Positions 10,150 to 19,008 of a DNA stretch of 64,000 nucleotides are shown here, piece after piece (positions within the stretch are counted from its first letter, which is position 1; each line of letters opens with the position of its first letter). The translations under genes and the position numbers were made by a program. Source of the stretch: Dehalococcoidia bacterium. GTDB lineage: Bacteria > Chloroflexota > Dehalococcoidia > Lucifugimonadales > UBA3495. The DNA lies in the NCBI GenBank assembly GCA_034423215.1, contig DAOUIY010000009.1, positions 228,572 through 292,571 on the forward strand, in the 5' to 3' direction. The notes under the pieces are model-generated. The model saw nothing but the letters and a program-made list of their open reading frames with translations. It had not been told where the DNA came from and did not search any database.

Positions 10150-11250
10150 ATGGCATCTATAACCAGAAATGATTCCGGCACAGATGAAGTCGGCAACCAG
10201 AATGACACAAAGGAAACGGCCAACGACCAAAGCGCGGGCAGGTCTTTGATTTCTGGCCTCAACTCTATCCCCACCGTCTATAAGATTGTCGGGGGTATAG
10301 CGACACTGGCAGTGGTACTGCTAGTTTGCCTTGCTTTAGGCGGCCCTGGAATGGATTTCCCCAGTACCATTGAGCAGAGTCAAGCCGACGGAACCACTAA
10401 AGATGTTCAAATCAGCAAGGTCATCTCTTCCGAAATCAAGAGCGGTACCACATGGCTTGTGCGCAACTGGGGCGGAATGTTCGATGGCGTGGATTTTGCC
10501 ATTACCTACGCAATGGTCGGACTGGAAGATGGACTCAGGTGGATACCGTGGCCGGTAGCAATACTGGCAATAGCGGGCGTTGCCTGGCTCATGGGTGGCT
10601 GGAAACTGGCCCTGTTTTCTATTGTGGGGTTAGCCTTCATAGGAGTTATGAATCGCTGGGACAGCGCGGTAGAGACCGTGGCGATCATCATTTTCTCAGT
10701 GGTGGTTTCGGTCCTTATGGCTATTCCGCTGGGCGTATTGGGTTCCAGGTCAAACCGTTTTGACGCCACCATAAGACCTATTCTTGACGGTATGCAGACA
10801 ATGCCCAGTTATGTTTACCTGGTCCCGGGTATCTTGTTTTTTGGCCTAGGCTATACCCCGGCAGTTATTGCAACGGTAATCTACGCGGTTCCTCCTGCGA
10901 TCCGGTTGACCAACCTGGGCATCAGGCAAGTGTCGGCGGAGACGGTTGAGGCCGCCAAGTCCTTTGGTGCGTCTCCTCTTCAGCTATTGACCAGAGTACA
11001 AATACCTATGGCGCTGCCGACAATCATGGCGGGAATCAACCAGACCACCATGCTTGCGTTGTCCATGGTAGTCATAGCCTCTCTGGTTGGCGCCAGCGGC
11101 TTGGGAGAGGATGTCTTCCGGGCGCTGCAGCAACAAGACCCTGGCAATAGCGTAATTGCCGGAACAAGCATTGTGCTGATTGCCATCATAATAGACAGAA
11201 TAACTCAGTCCGTTGCTCGTAGTCGGCAGGAATCAATGGGTATCGGTTAG
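10150..11250 (+). CDS. proW: Glycine betaine ABC transporter permease
   Basis: Multi-TM protein with the BPD-transport EAA-like region (EAAKSFGASPLQLLTRVQIPMALP). Start MASITRND at 10150 follows an AGGAGA RBS. The ORF stays open from 10111. Confidence 0.85.
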   Translation: MASITRNDSGTDEVGNQNDTKETANDQSAGRSLISGLNSIPTVYKIVGGIATLAVVLLVCLALGGPGMDFPSTIEQSQADGTTKDVQISKVISSEIKSGTTWLVRNWGGMFDGVDFAITYAMVGLEDGLRWIPWPVAILAIAGVAWLMGGWKLALFSIVGLAFIGVMNRWDSAVETVAIIIFSVVVSVLMAIPLGVLGSRSNRFDATIRPILDGMQTMPSYVYLVPGILFFGLGYTPAVIATVIYAVPPAIRLTNLGIRQVSAETVEAAKSFGASPLQLLTRVQIPMALPTIMAGINQTTMLALSMVVIASLVGASGLGEDVFRALQQQDPGNSVIAGTSIVLIAIIIDRITQSVARSRQESMGIG

Positions 11251-11379
11251 GTTAAGCGGAGCGGTTACCGGTTTAGCCTAAGTTTGACAGTGCATAGGGA
11301 CGCTGATAACATTTGCCATTGTCTCTAGGCCAGTAGATGGCAGGAATCATATACTACAACAAATGGGAGGTAAGTTAGC

Positions 11380-12627
11380 TTGTTTACAAAGTATCGGTTA
11401 GCCTTGTTGATGGTGGCCATGTTTGCGATTTTCGCATTGGTCGCCTGTTCACCGGCTGCTCCCGCACCTGAAATTCGAACTGTTGAAGTCGAAAGGGTGG
11501 TGGAGAAGGAAGTTCCGGTTGAAGTCGTTCAGGAGAGGGTGGTTGAAGTTCCCAAGGAAGTGGTGGTCGAGGTTGAAAAGGAAGTCGTCGTCGAAAAGGA
11601 AGTGCCGGTCGAAGTCGTCTCCGAAAAGGTAGTTGAAGTACCGGTCGAGGTTGAGAAGGTCGTCGAGATCGAAGTAATGGCGCCGGAAGGCCCGAAAGAC
11701 ACGATAGTTTTCAGCGATCTTAACTGGACCAGCGCCCAGGTACAGAACCGTATCGCCCAGTACATTGTTGAGGAAGGCTACGGTTTTCCTACTGACCTGA
11801 TTTTCGGTGGTACGCTGCCCCTGTTCCAGGGTCTGCGGGGTGGTGACACCCATGTAACCATGGAAATCTGGCTGCCCAATCAATCTATCGGTTGGTCTGA
11901 AGCCGTAGAGTTGGGTGAAGTTGTTTCCGTGGGCAGGAGCCTAGTAGGTGACTGGCAGAGCACATTTGTAGTTCCCACTTATATCGCGGAAGAATATCCG
12001 GACTTGAAGACCCCCCAAGACCTCATTAAGCCGGAGTACCAGGAATTGTTCGCCACCGCCGAAAGCCGCGGCAAGGCCAGGCTTGTTGCCTGCGTTCCTG
12101 GCTGGTCCTGCGAGCTGGTCAACGATGAGCAGATTGAGACCTATGGTCTGGGTGACCATCTGCATGTAATCAAGCCTGGTTCCCAGGATGCGATGTTTGC
12201 GGAGCTTTACGGCGCGTACGAACAGCAGGAACCCTGGCTGGGCTACATGTGGGGTACCGGCGACCCCGCGCTGAAATTGGATTTGACCCTTTTGGAAGAA
12301 GCTCCTTACACCAAGGAGTGCTGGGACGCTGACAAGGCTTGCCACTTCGACGAATCTCTGGTGTTGGTTGCCGTGCATCCTTCTCTCCTGCCCAGGGCTC
12401 CTGAAGTCATAGCCTTCCTGCAGGAATGGGAGTTTGACATCAATACCTACAAGGGCATCTTCCAGTGGATGGATTCCCAGGAAGGCGCTACGCCCGAGGA
12501 AGCTGCCCTTTGGTGGTTGAACAGTTCCTCCAACGTCTGGGGTGAATGGGTGACTGACGATGCCAAGAGTTCTATCCAGAGTTCTCTGGGCGCGGGAGAA
12601 ATCCCCGAAGGTTGGCCTGAGAATTAG
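11380..12627 (+). CDS. proX: Glycine betaine-binding lipoprotein (OpuAC/ProX family) with Val/Glu-repeat tether
   Basis: Signal peptide with lipobox (FALVAC|S), a ~75-aa VE-rich repeat linker, then a substrate-binding domain with Trp-rich segments (LNWTSAQ, YMWGTGDP). TTG start follows GGGAGG. Sits in operon with proVW. Confidence 0.75.
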   Translation: MFTKYRLALLMVAMFAIFALVACSPAAPAPEIRTVEVERVVEKEVPVEVVQERVVEVPKEVVVEVEKEVVVEKEVPVEVVSEKVVEVPVEVEKVVEIEVMAPEGPKDTIVFSDLNWTSAQVQNRIAQYIVEEGYGFPTDLIFGGTLPLFQGLRGGDTHVTMEIWLPNQSIGWSEAVELGEVVSVGRSLVGDWQSTFVVPTYIAEEYPDLKTPQDLIKPEYQELFATAESRGKARLVACVPGWSCELVNDEQIETYGLGDHLHVIKPGSQDAMFAELYGAYEQQEPWLGYMWGTGDPALKLDLTLLEEAPYTKECWDADKACHFDESLVLVAVHPSLLPRAPEVIAFLQEWEFDINTYKGIFQWMDSQEGATPEEAALWWLNSSSNVWGEWVTDDAKSSIQSSLGAGEIPEGWPEN

Positions 12628-12663
12628 GTTTCCGTTGTTTTCGATTGGCCTGGTTTAAGTCCA

Positions 12664-12698
12664 GGGGGGCGGCCCGTAGGCCGCCCCTCTTTTCTTTT
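12664..12698 (+). terminator. Rho-independent terminator after proX
   Basis: GGGGCGGCC-cgta-GGCCGCCCC hairpin followed by TCTTTTCTTTT. Confidence 0.85.
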
Positions 12699-12763
12699 GG
12701 CTGATATAATGGCCTCGGCGCTGGCCGACTCGGTACGCCCCTGATTTTTCCTCGAGGTGCTGT

Positions 12764-13489
12764 ATGACTACCCGCGAACCAATTTCCGATGCAACGCTGG
12801 AGGTCCTGCGAATAATACCCACCCAGACCCTGATAGACGGGCTGTGGGTGATGGGCTGGCCCATGAGCTACATTGAGGGAGCGCGCCCCTTGCAAAGAGG
12901 GCAGAGCATGGCCGGCCGGGCCGTCACCCTCCGGTTTGTGCCCCATCGCCCGGACCTGGTGCAGGACAAGCCCAAGGGCGACCAGTCGGCGGAGTACGTG
13001 GCCTTTGAACTCTGCGGACCCGGCGAGGTAATCGTAATAGATGCCATGGGCTGGACCTACAGCTCCATCGGCGGCGACATCAAGTTCATGCGGCTGCACC
13101 AGCGCCAGGTGGGCGGCCTGGTCACCGACGGCTCGGTGCGGGACAGCAACTCGCTGCTGGAATACGGCTTTCCCGTCTATTCCGCTTCGACCACCGCCAA
13201 GCAGGGCCCGGCCGAGTTCTGGCCCTGGCAGGTGAACGATGCCATCCAGTGCGGCGGCGTGCTGGTGCGTCCCGGCGATGCCATCGTAGGCGATGATGAC
13301 GGCGCGGTGGTGGTCCCCCACGCGGCGGTGGACCAGGTAATCGCCATCGCCCACGAGCGGGAGGAGGTTGAAGAAGTAATCAAGGCGCAGTTGGAGGTGG
13401 AGCGCTGCTCCCCGGGCAAGTATTACCCCTTTAATGACCTGACCTGGCAGCTATTCGAAGAGAAGACCGGCAAGAAACGGCAGCAATAA
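12764..13489 (+). CDS. RraA-family protein (4-hydroxy-4-methyl-2-oxoglutarate / 4-carboxy-4-hydroxy-2-oxoadipate aldolase-like)
   Basis: 241 aa with core GGDIKFMRLHQRQVGGLVTDGSVRD, typical of RraA/HMG-aldolase proteins. The size fits the aldolase (LigK/GalC-like) subgroup rather than the short RNase E regulator. Confidence 0.7.
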   Translation: MTTREPISDATLEVLRIIPTQTLIDGLWVMGWPMSYIEGARPLQRGQSMAGRAVTLRFVPHRPDLVQDKPKGDQSAEYVAFELCGPGEVIVIDAMGWTYSSIGGDIKFMRLHQRQVGGLVTDGSVRDSNSLLEYGFPVYSASTTAKQGPAEFWPWQVNDAIQCGGVLVRPGDAIVGDDDGAVVVPHAAVDQVIAIAHEREEVEEVIKAQLEVERCSPGKYYPFNDLTWQLFEEKTGKKRQQ

Positions 13490-13511
13490 CCGCGTTAGAC
13501 TTTCCCTTATC

Positions 13512-13587
13512 CACGAATCCGCACGAATGTTCACGAGTATTTTATTATTCCCTATTCATCATTCGTGGGCATTCGTGTCTATTCGTG
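13512..13587. promoter_or_regulatory. Symmetric 3+3 array of 10-bp-phased heptamers (CACGAAT x3 / ATTCGTG x3) around a 22-nt AT-rich core
   Basis: CACGAAT at 13512 and 13522 and CACGAGT at 13532. ATTCGTG at 13561, 13571 and 13581. All three pairs share the symmetry centre 13549.5. It lies between the RraA-like stop (13489) and the CMD RBS/ATG (13600/13613). Confidence 0.6.
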
Positions 13588-13612
13588 GACGAAGACTTTA
13601 GGAGGATTAGAT

Positions 13613-14167
13613 ATGCCCAGATTGCCGATAGCGACCCGCGACAGCGTTCCGGCCCACCAGGCGGAGATATTTGATGAGATAGTGGGGGACGGGCCGGTGC
13701 CCAACCGGGGCCCCGGCTCCGTGACCATCCACGCGCCGGCCGCGGCCAGGATCGCCACGAACCTGAACCAGTACCTGCGCCGGGACTCCTGCCTCTCCGA
13801 CAAAATACTGGAACTGGCCATGCTGGTTACCGCGCGGGAAATGGACTGCCAGCACATCTGGAACGCCCATGCGGCCTCAGCCCGGGCGGCCGGCGTGCCC
13901 GACGAGCTGGTGGATGCCCTGCGGGAAGGCGACGAACTGGCGGACCTGGCCCCGGATGAGGCGGCGGTGGTCAACTACGGACAAGAGTATTTCCGCACCC
14001 ACCGGGTGAGCCGTGGTTCTTGGCAGTCCGCCTTCGAGCAGTTCGGCACCCAGGGCATAGTCGAGTTGACCCTGGTAATGGGCAACTATGCCATGTTTGC
14101 CTTCTGCATAGACGCCTTCGACACCGAACTGCCCCCAAACCGCAATGAGAAACTGCTGCCCATCTAG
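13613..14167 (+). CDS. Carboxymuconolactone decarboxylase (AhpD-like) family protein
   Basis: ATG at 13613 lies 7 nt after AGGAGG. The 184-aa all-helical protein has a CMD-like arrangement. The GTG at 13565 in the ORF track lies inside the heptamer array and is rejected as the start. Confidence 0.55.
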   Translation: MPRLPIATRDSVPAHQAEIFDEIVGDGPVPNRGPGSVTIHAPAAARIATNLNQYLRRDSCLSDKILELAMLVTAREMDCQHIWNAHAASARAAGVPDELVDALREGDELADLAPDEAAVVNYGQEYFRTHRVSRGSWQSAFEQFGTQGIVELTLVMGNYAMFAFCIDAFDTELPPNRNEKLLPI

Positions 14168-14183
14168 CGGTTCAACCATTTTG

Positions 14184-14256
14184 ATGCGAAGGCAGGAATC
14201 TAGACTCCAGCCTGGCGAGGTTCCTGCCGGCGAGGGAAGGGCAGGTTGGGGCAGTC
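14184..14256. repeat. Interspersed repeat family B copy (GCGAAGGCAGGAATC...GAGGTTCC.GCC.GCG.GGAAGGGC.GGTTGGG)
   Basis: Alignable by eye with the copies at 27560, 31579, 44299/44471 and 56006. Confidence 0.7.
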
Positions 14257-14433
14257 GAGTCATCATCTCGAAGTTGCCAAACCAATGGCAATTGACTCGA
14301 AACCCCCGCTAACTTGAACGGAGCAGTTCAGGTTGGGATGGCCGGCTCAGGCGGGACTAAAGAAGAGGGGCAGCGCGGTTGGCTGCCCCTCCTTCATTGG
14401 GCGGTTGTATTCCAATACCGGCGGGAAACTTCT

Positions 14434-15471
14434 TCAGTTCCCTGGCCGGTAAATCTGGATTCTATGGCGCAGGCTGTCCACCACGTAAACCAGGCCATCC
14501 GGGCCAATCTTTACCGACGTGGGACCCCAGAACAACTTCTCCACGTTGGCCGACCGCTCCCATTCATAGCCGCGGTGCGAGTCGTACTCCGGCCTGTGTT
14601 CAATGGCGGGCTCCAGGCTCGCGGAGCGCCGGGCCGCCGCCTCGTCCGGGTTGGCGTTGAAATAGTCCTGGGCCCACAGCGAGTCCCGGGACTCGCCCCG
14701 GAAAGAGGCCAGGAAATCGCCGTTCCGGCCCAGCATTTGAACCCGTTCGTTGCCCCAGTCGGCCACGATGATGTTGCCCCGGTCATCCACTGCCAGACCT
14801 GAAGGCCGGTTGAATTGCCCCTCACCTTCCCCGGACCCGCCATATGTTGCCAGGTGCTGTCCCTCAGCGTCGAACTTCTGGATCCGGTCATTGCGCCAGT
14901 CGGAAACGTAAACATTGCCCTGCCGGTCCGTGGCCAGGCCCCAGGGCATGTTGAACTGCCCGTCGCCGTCGCCCGGTTCGCCCCACTGCTGCAGAAACTG
15001 GCCGTCCCGGGTGTACCGCTGCACGCGGCTGTTCAGGCTGTCGGCCACCAGGACGTTGTCCTCCCGGTCAAAGAGGATGAATGAGGGCCTGTTGAACTGT
15101 CCCGGACCCGACCCGGAGACGCCCCACTTGCCCAGATAGTTGCCCTCGCGGTCGAAGACGGAAATCCGATTCAGCGCCTCGTCGGCAACGTAGAGCAAGT
15201 CTTCCCGGTCGAAGGCCAGGGAACTGGGCCACCACAGCCCGCCGTCGCCCGTTCCCCCGGCGCCGAATTCGCCCAGGTACCTTTCGTCGGAAGTGCAGCG
15301 GGTTATGCGCTTGTATGCGATCCGGACGCCAACTTCGGGCCCGGCTCGATTCAGGACAAAGACCACGCCCTCGGAGTCAATGGCCAGGTCAACCGGGTTG
15401 TTGAAACCCCTGCCCTGGTTGGCCATGAACCCCAGGGTGTGACTGTATTGCAGCGCCGCTACCGTTGTCAT
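14434..15471 (-). CDS. NHL-repeat beta-propeller protein
   Basis: Six repeats of the type F..P.G.AVD..GN.YVAD..N.R.Q.F (e.g. FNRPSGLAVDDRGNIIVADWGNERVQ). No signal peptide is evident. Confidence 0.8.
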   Translation of the reverse strand: MTTVAALQYSHTLGFMANQGRGFNNPVDLAIDSEGVVFVLNRAGPEVGVRIAYKRITRCTSDERYLGEFGAGGTGDGGLWWPSSLAFDREDLLYVADEALNRISVFDREGNYLGKWGVSGSGPGQFNRPSFILFDREDNVLVADSLNSRVQRYTRDGQFLQQWGEPGDGDGQFNMPWGLATDRQGNVYVSDWRNDRIQKFDAEGQHLATYGGSGEGEGQFNRPSGLAVDDRGNIIVADWGNERVQMLGRNGDFLASFRGESRDSLWAQDYFNANPDEAAARRSASLEPAIEHRPEYDSHRGYEWERSANVEKLFWGPTSVKIGPDGLVYVVDSLRHRIQIYRPGN

Positions 15472-15537
15472 GGAAACTTCCCCCGGTGTGGGCAGAATCT
15501 AAAGTTGAGAGACTTAGAGGGCGTCCCATCCCTGGAA

Positions 15538-16941
15538 TCAGGCCAGTTGGTACTCCCTGGTGGCTACGATAAGTTGCAGCATTTCGGCAATCCGGCTCTC
15601 CGCGCAGTCCGCCGTACCCCTCTCACCGAACTCCAGCGCCCCATCCTGCCGGGCGTGGGCTACCAGGCTGTCCCGGGTCGCTTCCGTGGTTTCAAACAGG
15701 CCGACGGAGTCCAGGCAGGCATCCACCAGTTGCTCGGGGGTAAGGCTGGCGCCGGCAGCCTTGATCCGGCGCAGGGCCGCCTGCACTCCCGGCTGGCCCA
15801 GGTCACCCACCTCCAGGGATGAGGCGTTCACCCGCTCCACCAGGTTGCCCGTGTCTATCCACTCCCGGCCCGTGTGCCAGCCCTCCACCGTGGGCGGGTT
15901 CAGGATTTCCTGACCCATAAAGCTGACGTCCATCGCCAGGTTCACGATGCTCCAGTCGGGGAAGCGGTGGCTGCCGGCGAGCCGTGCCGTGCCGGCGACA
16001 ACTTCCGTTGGGCTCTTGACCTTGGCCAGCCTGGCTTCCTCCCCGCGGAAGAAGTCGGAAAGGAACAGGGCCCGCATGACCTGGCGGATATCTCCGCCGG
16101 TTGCGGTGAACCGGTCGGCCAGGTATTGAATAGACTCTTCGCGCGGCGTGTCGGATACGAAGAACTCGTAGAGCCTGGAAGCAACGAACCAGGCCGTGGC
16201 CGGCTGCTGACAGATTATGTCAATGACATCCTCGCCGTTGAACGGCCCGGTGTGCCCCAGGAAGGTCTTGTCACTGTCGTCGTGGTCTGCGGCCAGGTAC
16301 TCAAACTGCCAGTCCAGCCGGCCGTGAGGCCAGATGGAGTCCCGGGAGGCCCTGATGCTCATGTAATCGGCGTTGGCGATGGTCCAGCCGGTGAAGGCCC
16401 GGGCGCAGGCCTTGACATCATCCTCCGTGTAGTTGCCGATGCCCATGGAGAAAAGCTCCAGCAGTTCTCGGCCGTAGTTTTCGTTGGGAGCGTCCTTGTG
16501 GTTGTCCTTGTTGTCCAGCCAGAAAATCATGGCCGGGTCGCGGGACAGCTCCAGCAGCAGGGCGCCGAAATCGCCCAGCCCGCAGCGGCGGAAGGTGTTG
16601 GTCTGGTTAACGACGGCCTTGGCGTGGTTCAGCTTGCCGTAGGCGGTGGCAAAAAGGCTGTGCCAGAAGAGGGCCATCTTCTCTTCCAGGGGACGCTGGG
16701 TGTTGATGATGCGGTACAACCAGTATGCCTGGGAGCTTTCAATCAGCATCAGGCTGTTCTGGTCCACGTGGTAGCGGCGCAGGATGTCCTCATCCATGAC
16801 CGGGGCCTGTTCCGGGTGCAGCAACTGCTCCACGGTGGCTTCGTAACCCCGGGCTACGCAGGCGTCCAACTCGTCCCGGGTGGCGCCAAACCCGGCGCGG
16901 CGCATGAGGTGGGCCATCAATGCCAATTCCGAATCAGCCAT
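15538..16941 (-). CDS. DUF1800 family protein
   Basis: N-terminal HLMRRAGFGATRDEL...VEQLLHPE and FWHSLFAT motifs, characteristic of DUF1800. 467 aa. Confidence 0.7.
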   Translation of the reverse strand: MADSELALMAHLMRRAGFGATRDELDACVARGYEATVEQLLHPEQAPVMDEDILRRYHVDQNSLMLIESSQAYWLYRIINTQRPLEEKMALFWHSLFATAYGKLNHAKAVVNQTNTFRRCGLGDFGALLLELSRDPAMIFWLDNKDNHKDAPNENYGRELLELFSMGIGNYTEDDVKACARAFTGWTIANADYMSIRASRDSIWPHGRLDWQFEYLAADHDDSDKTFLGHTGPFNGEDVIDIICQQPATAWFVASRLYEFFVSDTPREESIQYLADRFTATGGDIRQVMRALFLSDFFRGEEARLAKVKSPTEVVAGTARLAGSHRFPDWSIVNLAMDVSFMGQEILNPPTVEGWHTGREWIDTGNLVERVNASSLEVGDLGQPGVQAALRRIKAAGASLTPEQLVDACLDSVGLFETTEATRDSLVAHARQDGALEFGERGTADCAESRIAEMLQLIVATREYQLA

Positions 16942-17077
16942 CAGTTGGCCTCCGTAGAACTATAAATGTGGGCAGAGCAGCGTTGAACGGGATTCGCTCG
17001 CTGCAGGCCAGCGCGCAGCCCTAGTCTGCCTCAATTTCTCCGAAGTATAGCATCTGGACCGAGGCCCTCGCACAAGG

Positions 17078-17285
17078 CAGGGCGATCGCGTCTAAATTGA
17101 AACTGCATACCCAAGCCAAAAGTCATGTCGCCCTGAGCTTGCCGAAGGACCTAAAGTCCATCCTCCAAGCGCGGTTTCGGGGCCGAATGTCGGTTTTATT
17201 GGAGCGAGTTTGGATTCTTCACTTCGTAACAGAATGACAGCTTTGGTGATTCAATGTGACAGTTCGTTAAGGCGCGATTGCCCTG
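17078..17285 (+). mobile_element. MITE-like repeat family C, copy 1 (~208 bp, imperfect terminal inverted repeats)
   Basis: Left end CAGGGCGATCGCGTCTAAATT. Right end CGTTAAGGCGCGATTGCCCTG is its reverse complement with few mismatches. Internal blocks (ATGTCGCCCTGAG, GCCGAAGGNCCTNAAGTCC, GAGTTTGGATTCTTCA, CAGAATGACAG) are shared with copies at 46342 and 55752. Confidence 0.7.
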
Positions 17286-17445
17286 TCGCACAAGGGCAAA
17301 CCCGGGCCAATCCAGGAAAACTCTGAACAAGTCCCTTTTACCATGTCGGGAGTGGGCTGGGGAGAGGGGAATTCCCCCGCAGCAAGCCATCTCACCGCCA
17401 TACAAATCCTCCCCCATAAGGGGAGAAGGGACCTTACTCAAAGGC

Positions 17446-18831
17446 TCACCAGAACCCTTCCCTGAAATCGGCAATCGAACCCAGCTCCTTTTGGCGGGAG
17501 AGGGGCACTACGTTGGGGTTGGAAGCAGGCAGCAGACGCGTGCCGATAACCTCCAGGGCCGCCAATTCCGCCAGTTCCGAATCTGTAACGCCCAGAAGCC
17601 GGCCCAGGATTGCTTCGTTCTGTTCGCCCAGCTTGGGCGCCGGGCCCTGGATTCGGGGATTTCCGGAGAACAGTCTCCACCCTCTCCCCAGGTACTCCTT
17701 GGTACCTATGCCGTCAGCTTCCGGATGCTCAATGCTCTCAAAGAAGCCGCGCTGGGCCAGGTGCGGGTCGCTCAGCAGTTGGCCGGCCTCCAGCACCGGC
17801 GCCGCCGGAACGCCGGCTTCATTCAAACGGGCGACCACTTTTTCCTGCTCCAGGCCCCGGGTCCAGCCGGTAATGATGTCGTCCAGCGCATCCTGGTTTT
17901 CGTACCTGCTCGATTGCGCCCGAAATCGGGGGTCTTCCGCCAACTCCGGGCAGCCCATGCTTAGACATAGGGCGCGCCAGTCCTCGTCGTCCCGGGCGGC
18001 CAGCGCCACCCAACGGTCCACGCCCCGGCAGGGATAGCAACCGTGGGGCGTCATGGATTCGTGCCTGTTTCCCAGGCGGCGGGTGCGGCGGTCGTTGAAA
18101 GCAAAGTCCAGCAGGCCGGCCCCGAAAAAGGAGACGCCGGTCTGGTACATCGCCAGGTCTATCCACACTCCCCGGCCATGCAGCGCGCGGCGATAGAGGG
18201 CGGCCAGTATGGCCAGTTGGGCCGACCAGCAGGCCAGGAAATCGGTGTAGGAATTGCCAATCTTGTTGGGCGTCTCGCTGGCTGCCATATTGCCTTCAGC
18301 GTCGGGCTCCAGGTAACCCATGAAAGCCCCGGAGGCGTGGGTTGGTTCCAGGGCGGAGGCCATGGCCCCAAAGTCGCTCCAGGGGCCGCTGTGCCCATAC
18401 CCTGTATTGGAGACCAGAACCAGGTCGGGCCGTATTCTTCTAAGGCCCGGATAGTCCAACCCAAAGCGGCGGGTGACCCGCGGCGTGAAATTCTCCAGCA
18501 CGACATCGCTGACGGCGACCAGTTCCAGCAGCAGTTCCATGCCCCGCTCGTCACGCAGGTCGAGGGTAACGCTCTGTTTTCCCCGGTTCAAAGTCTGGAA
18601 GGTGCCGGCCCGGTTCCAGTAGTCTTCGCCGGGCAGGTTGCCCGGATAGGGACCGGTCAGGGTTCGGGTGGTATCTACAAAGGCGGCGTGGTGGGTGTCC
18701 ACTTTGATGACTTCCGCACCCATGTCAGCCAGGTAGGCCCCCACGTAAGGCATGGCAAAGACCCGGCTCAGGTCAACTACCCTGATACCGGCCAGAGGCA
18801 GATTCGCCGGGGTTTTTCCTATATCGTTCAT
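17446..18831 (-). CDS. Family III CoA-transferase (CaiB/BaiF family)
   Basis: N-terminal LAGIRVVDLSRVFAMPYVGAYLADMGAEVIKV. 461 aa. Confidence 0.8.
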   Translation of the reverse strand: MNDIGKTPANLPLAGIRVVDLSRVFAMPYVGAYLADMGAEVIKVDTHHAAFVDTTRTLTGPYPGNLPGEDYWNRAGTFQTLNRGKQSVTLDLRDERGMELLLELVAVSDVVLENFTPRVTRRFGLDYPGLRRIRPDLVLVSNTGYGHSGPWSDFGAMASALEPTHASGAFMGYLEPDAEGNMAASETPNKIGNSYTDFLACWSAQLAILAALYRRALHGRGVWIDLAMYQTGVSFFGAGLLDFAFNDRRTRRLGNRHESMTPHGCYPCRGVDRWVALAARDDEDWRALCLSMGCPELAEDPRFRAQSSRYENQDALDDIITGWTRGLEQEKVVARLNEAGVPAAPVLEAGQLLSDPHLAQRGFFESIEHPEADGIGTKEYLGRGWRLFSGNPRIQGPAPKLGEQNEAILGRLLGVTDSELAELAALEVIGTRLLPASNPNVVPLSRQKELGSIADFREGFW

Positions 18832-19008
18832 TGCGCCGACGGTTCTTCCTTAAATCGTGAGCAGGATTTTCCCTGCGCCCTGGACCTGCTAAAGCGTTGC
18901 CCGCTCATGGACTGTCATAACCCACAGCGGTGGACTCCCGGGAGCACTCTCGGACATTCGCACCGCCAGTTTGGGCTCAACTCCACACCAACAGCTGAAT
19001 CCACGCTC

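Noticed and set aside
8632-12627. Apparent GC drop from proV to proW/proX, suggesting a mosaic or horizontally replaced operon half.
   Set aside because: Hand counts on sample 60-nt lines were inconsistent: 34-41/60 in proV, 29-34/60 in proW, 28-41/60 in proX. The claim cannot be supported without a computed sliding-window GC/GC3 profile.
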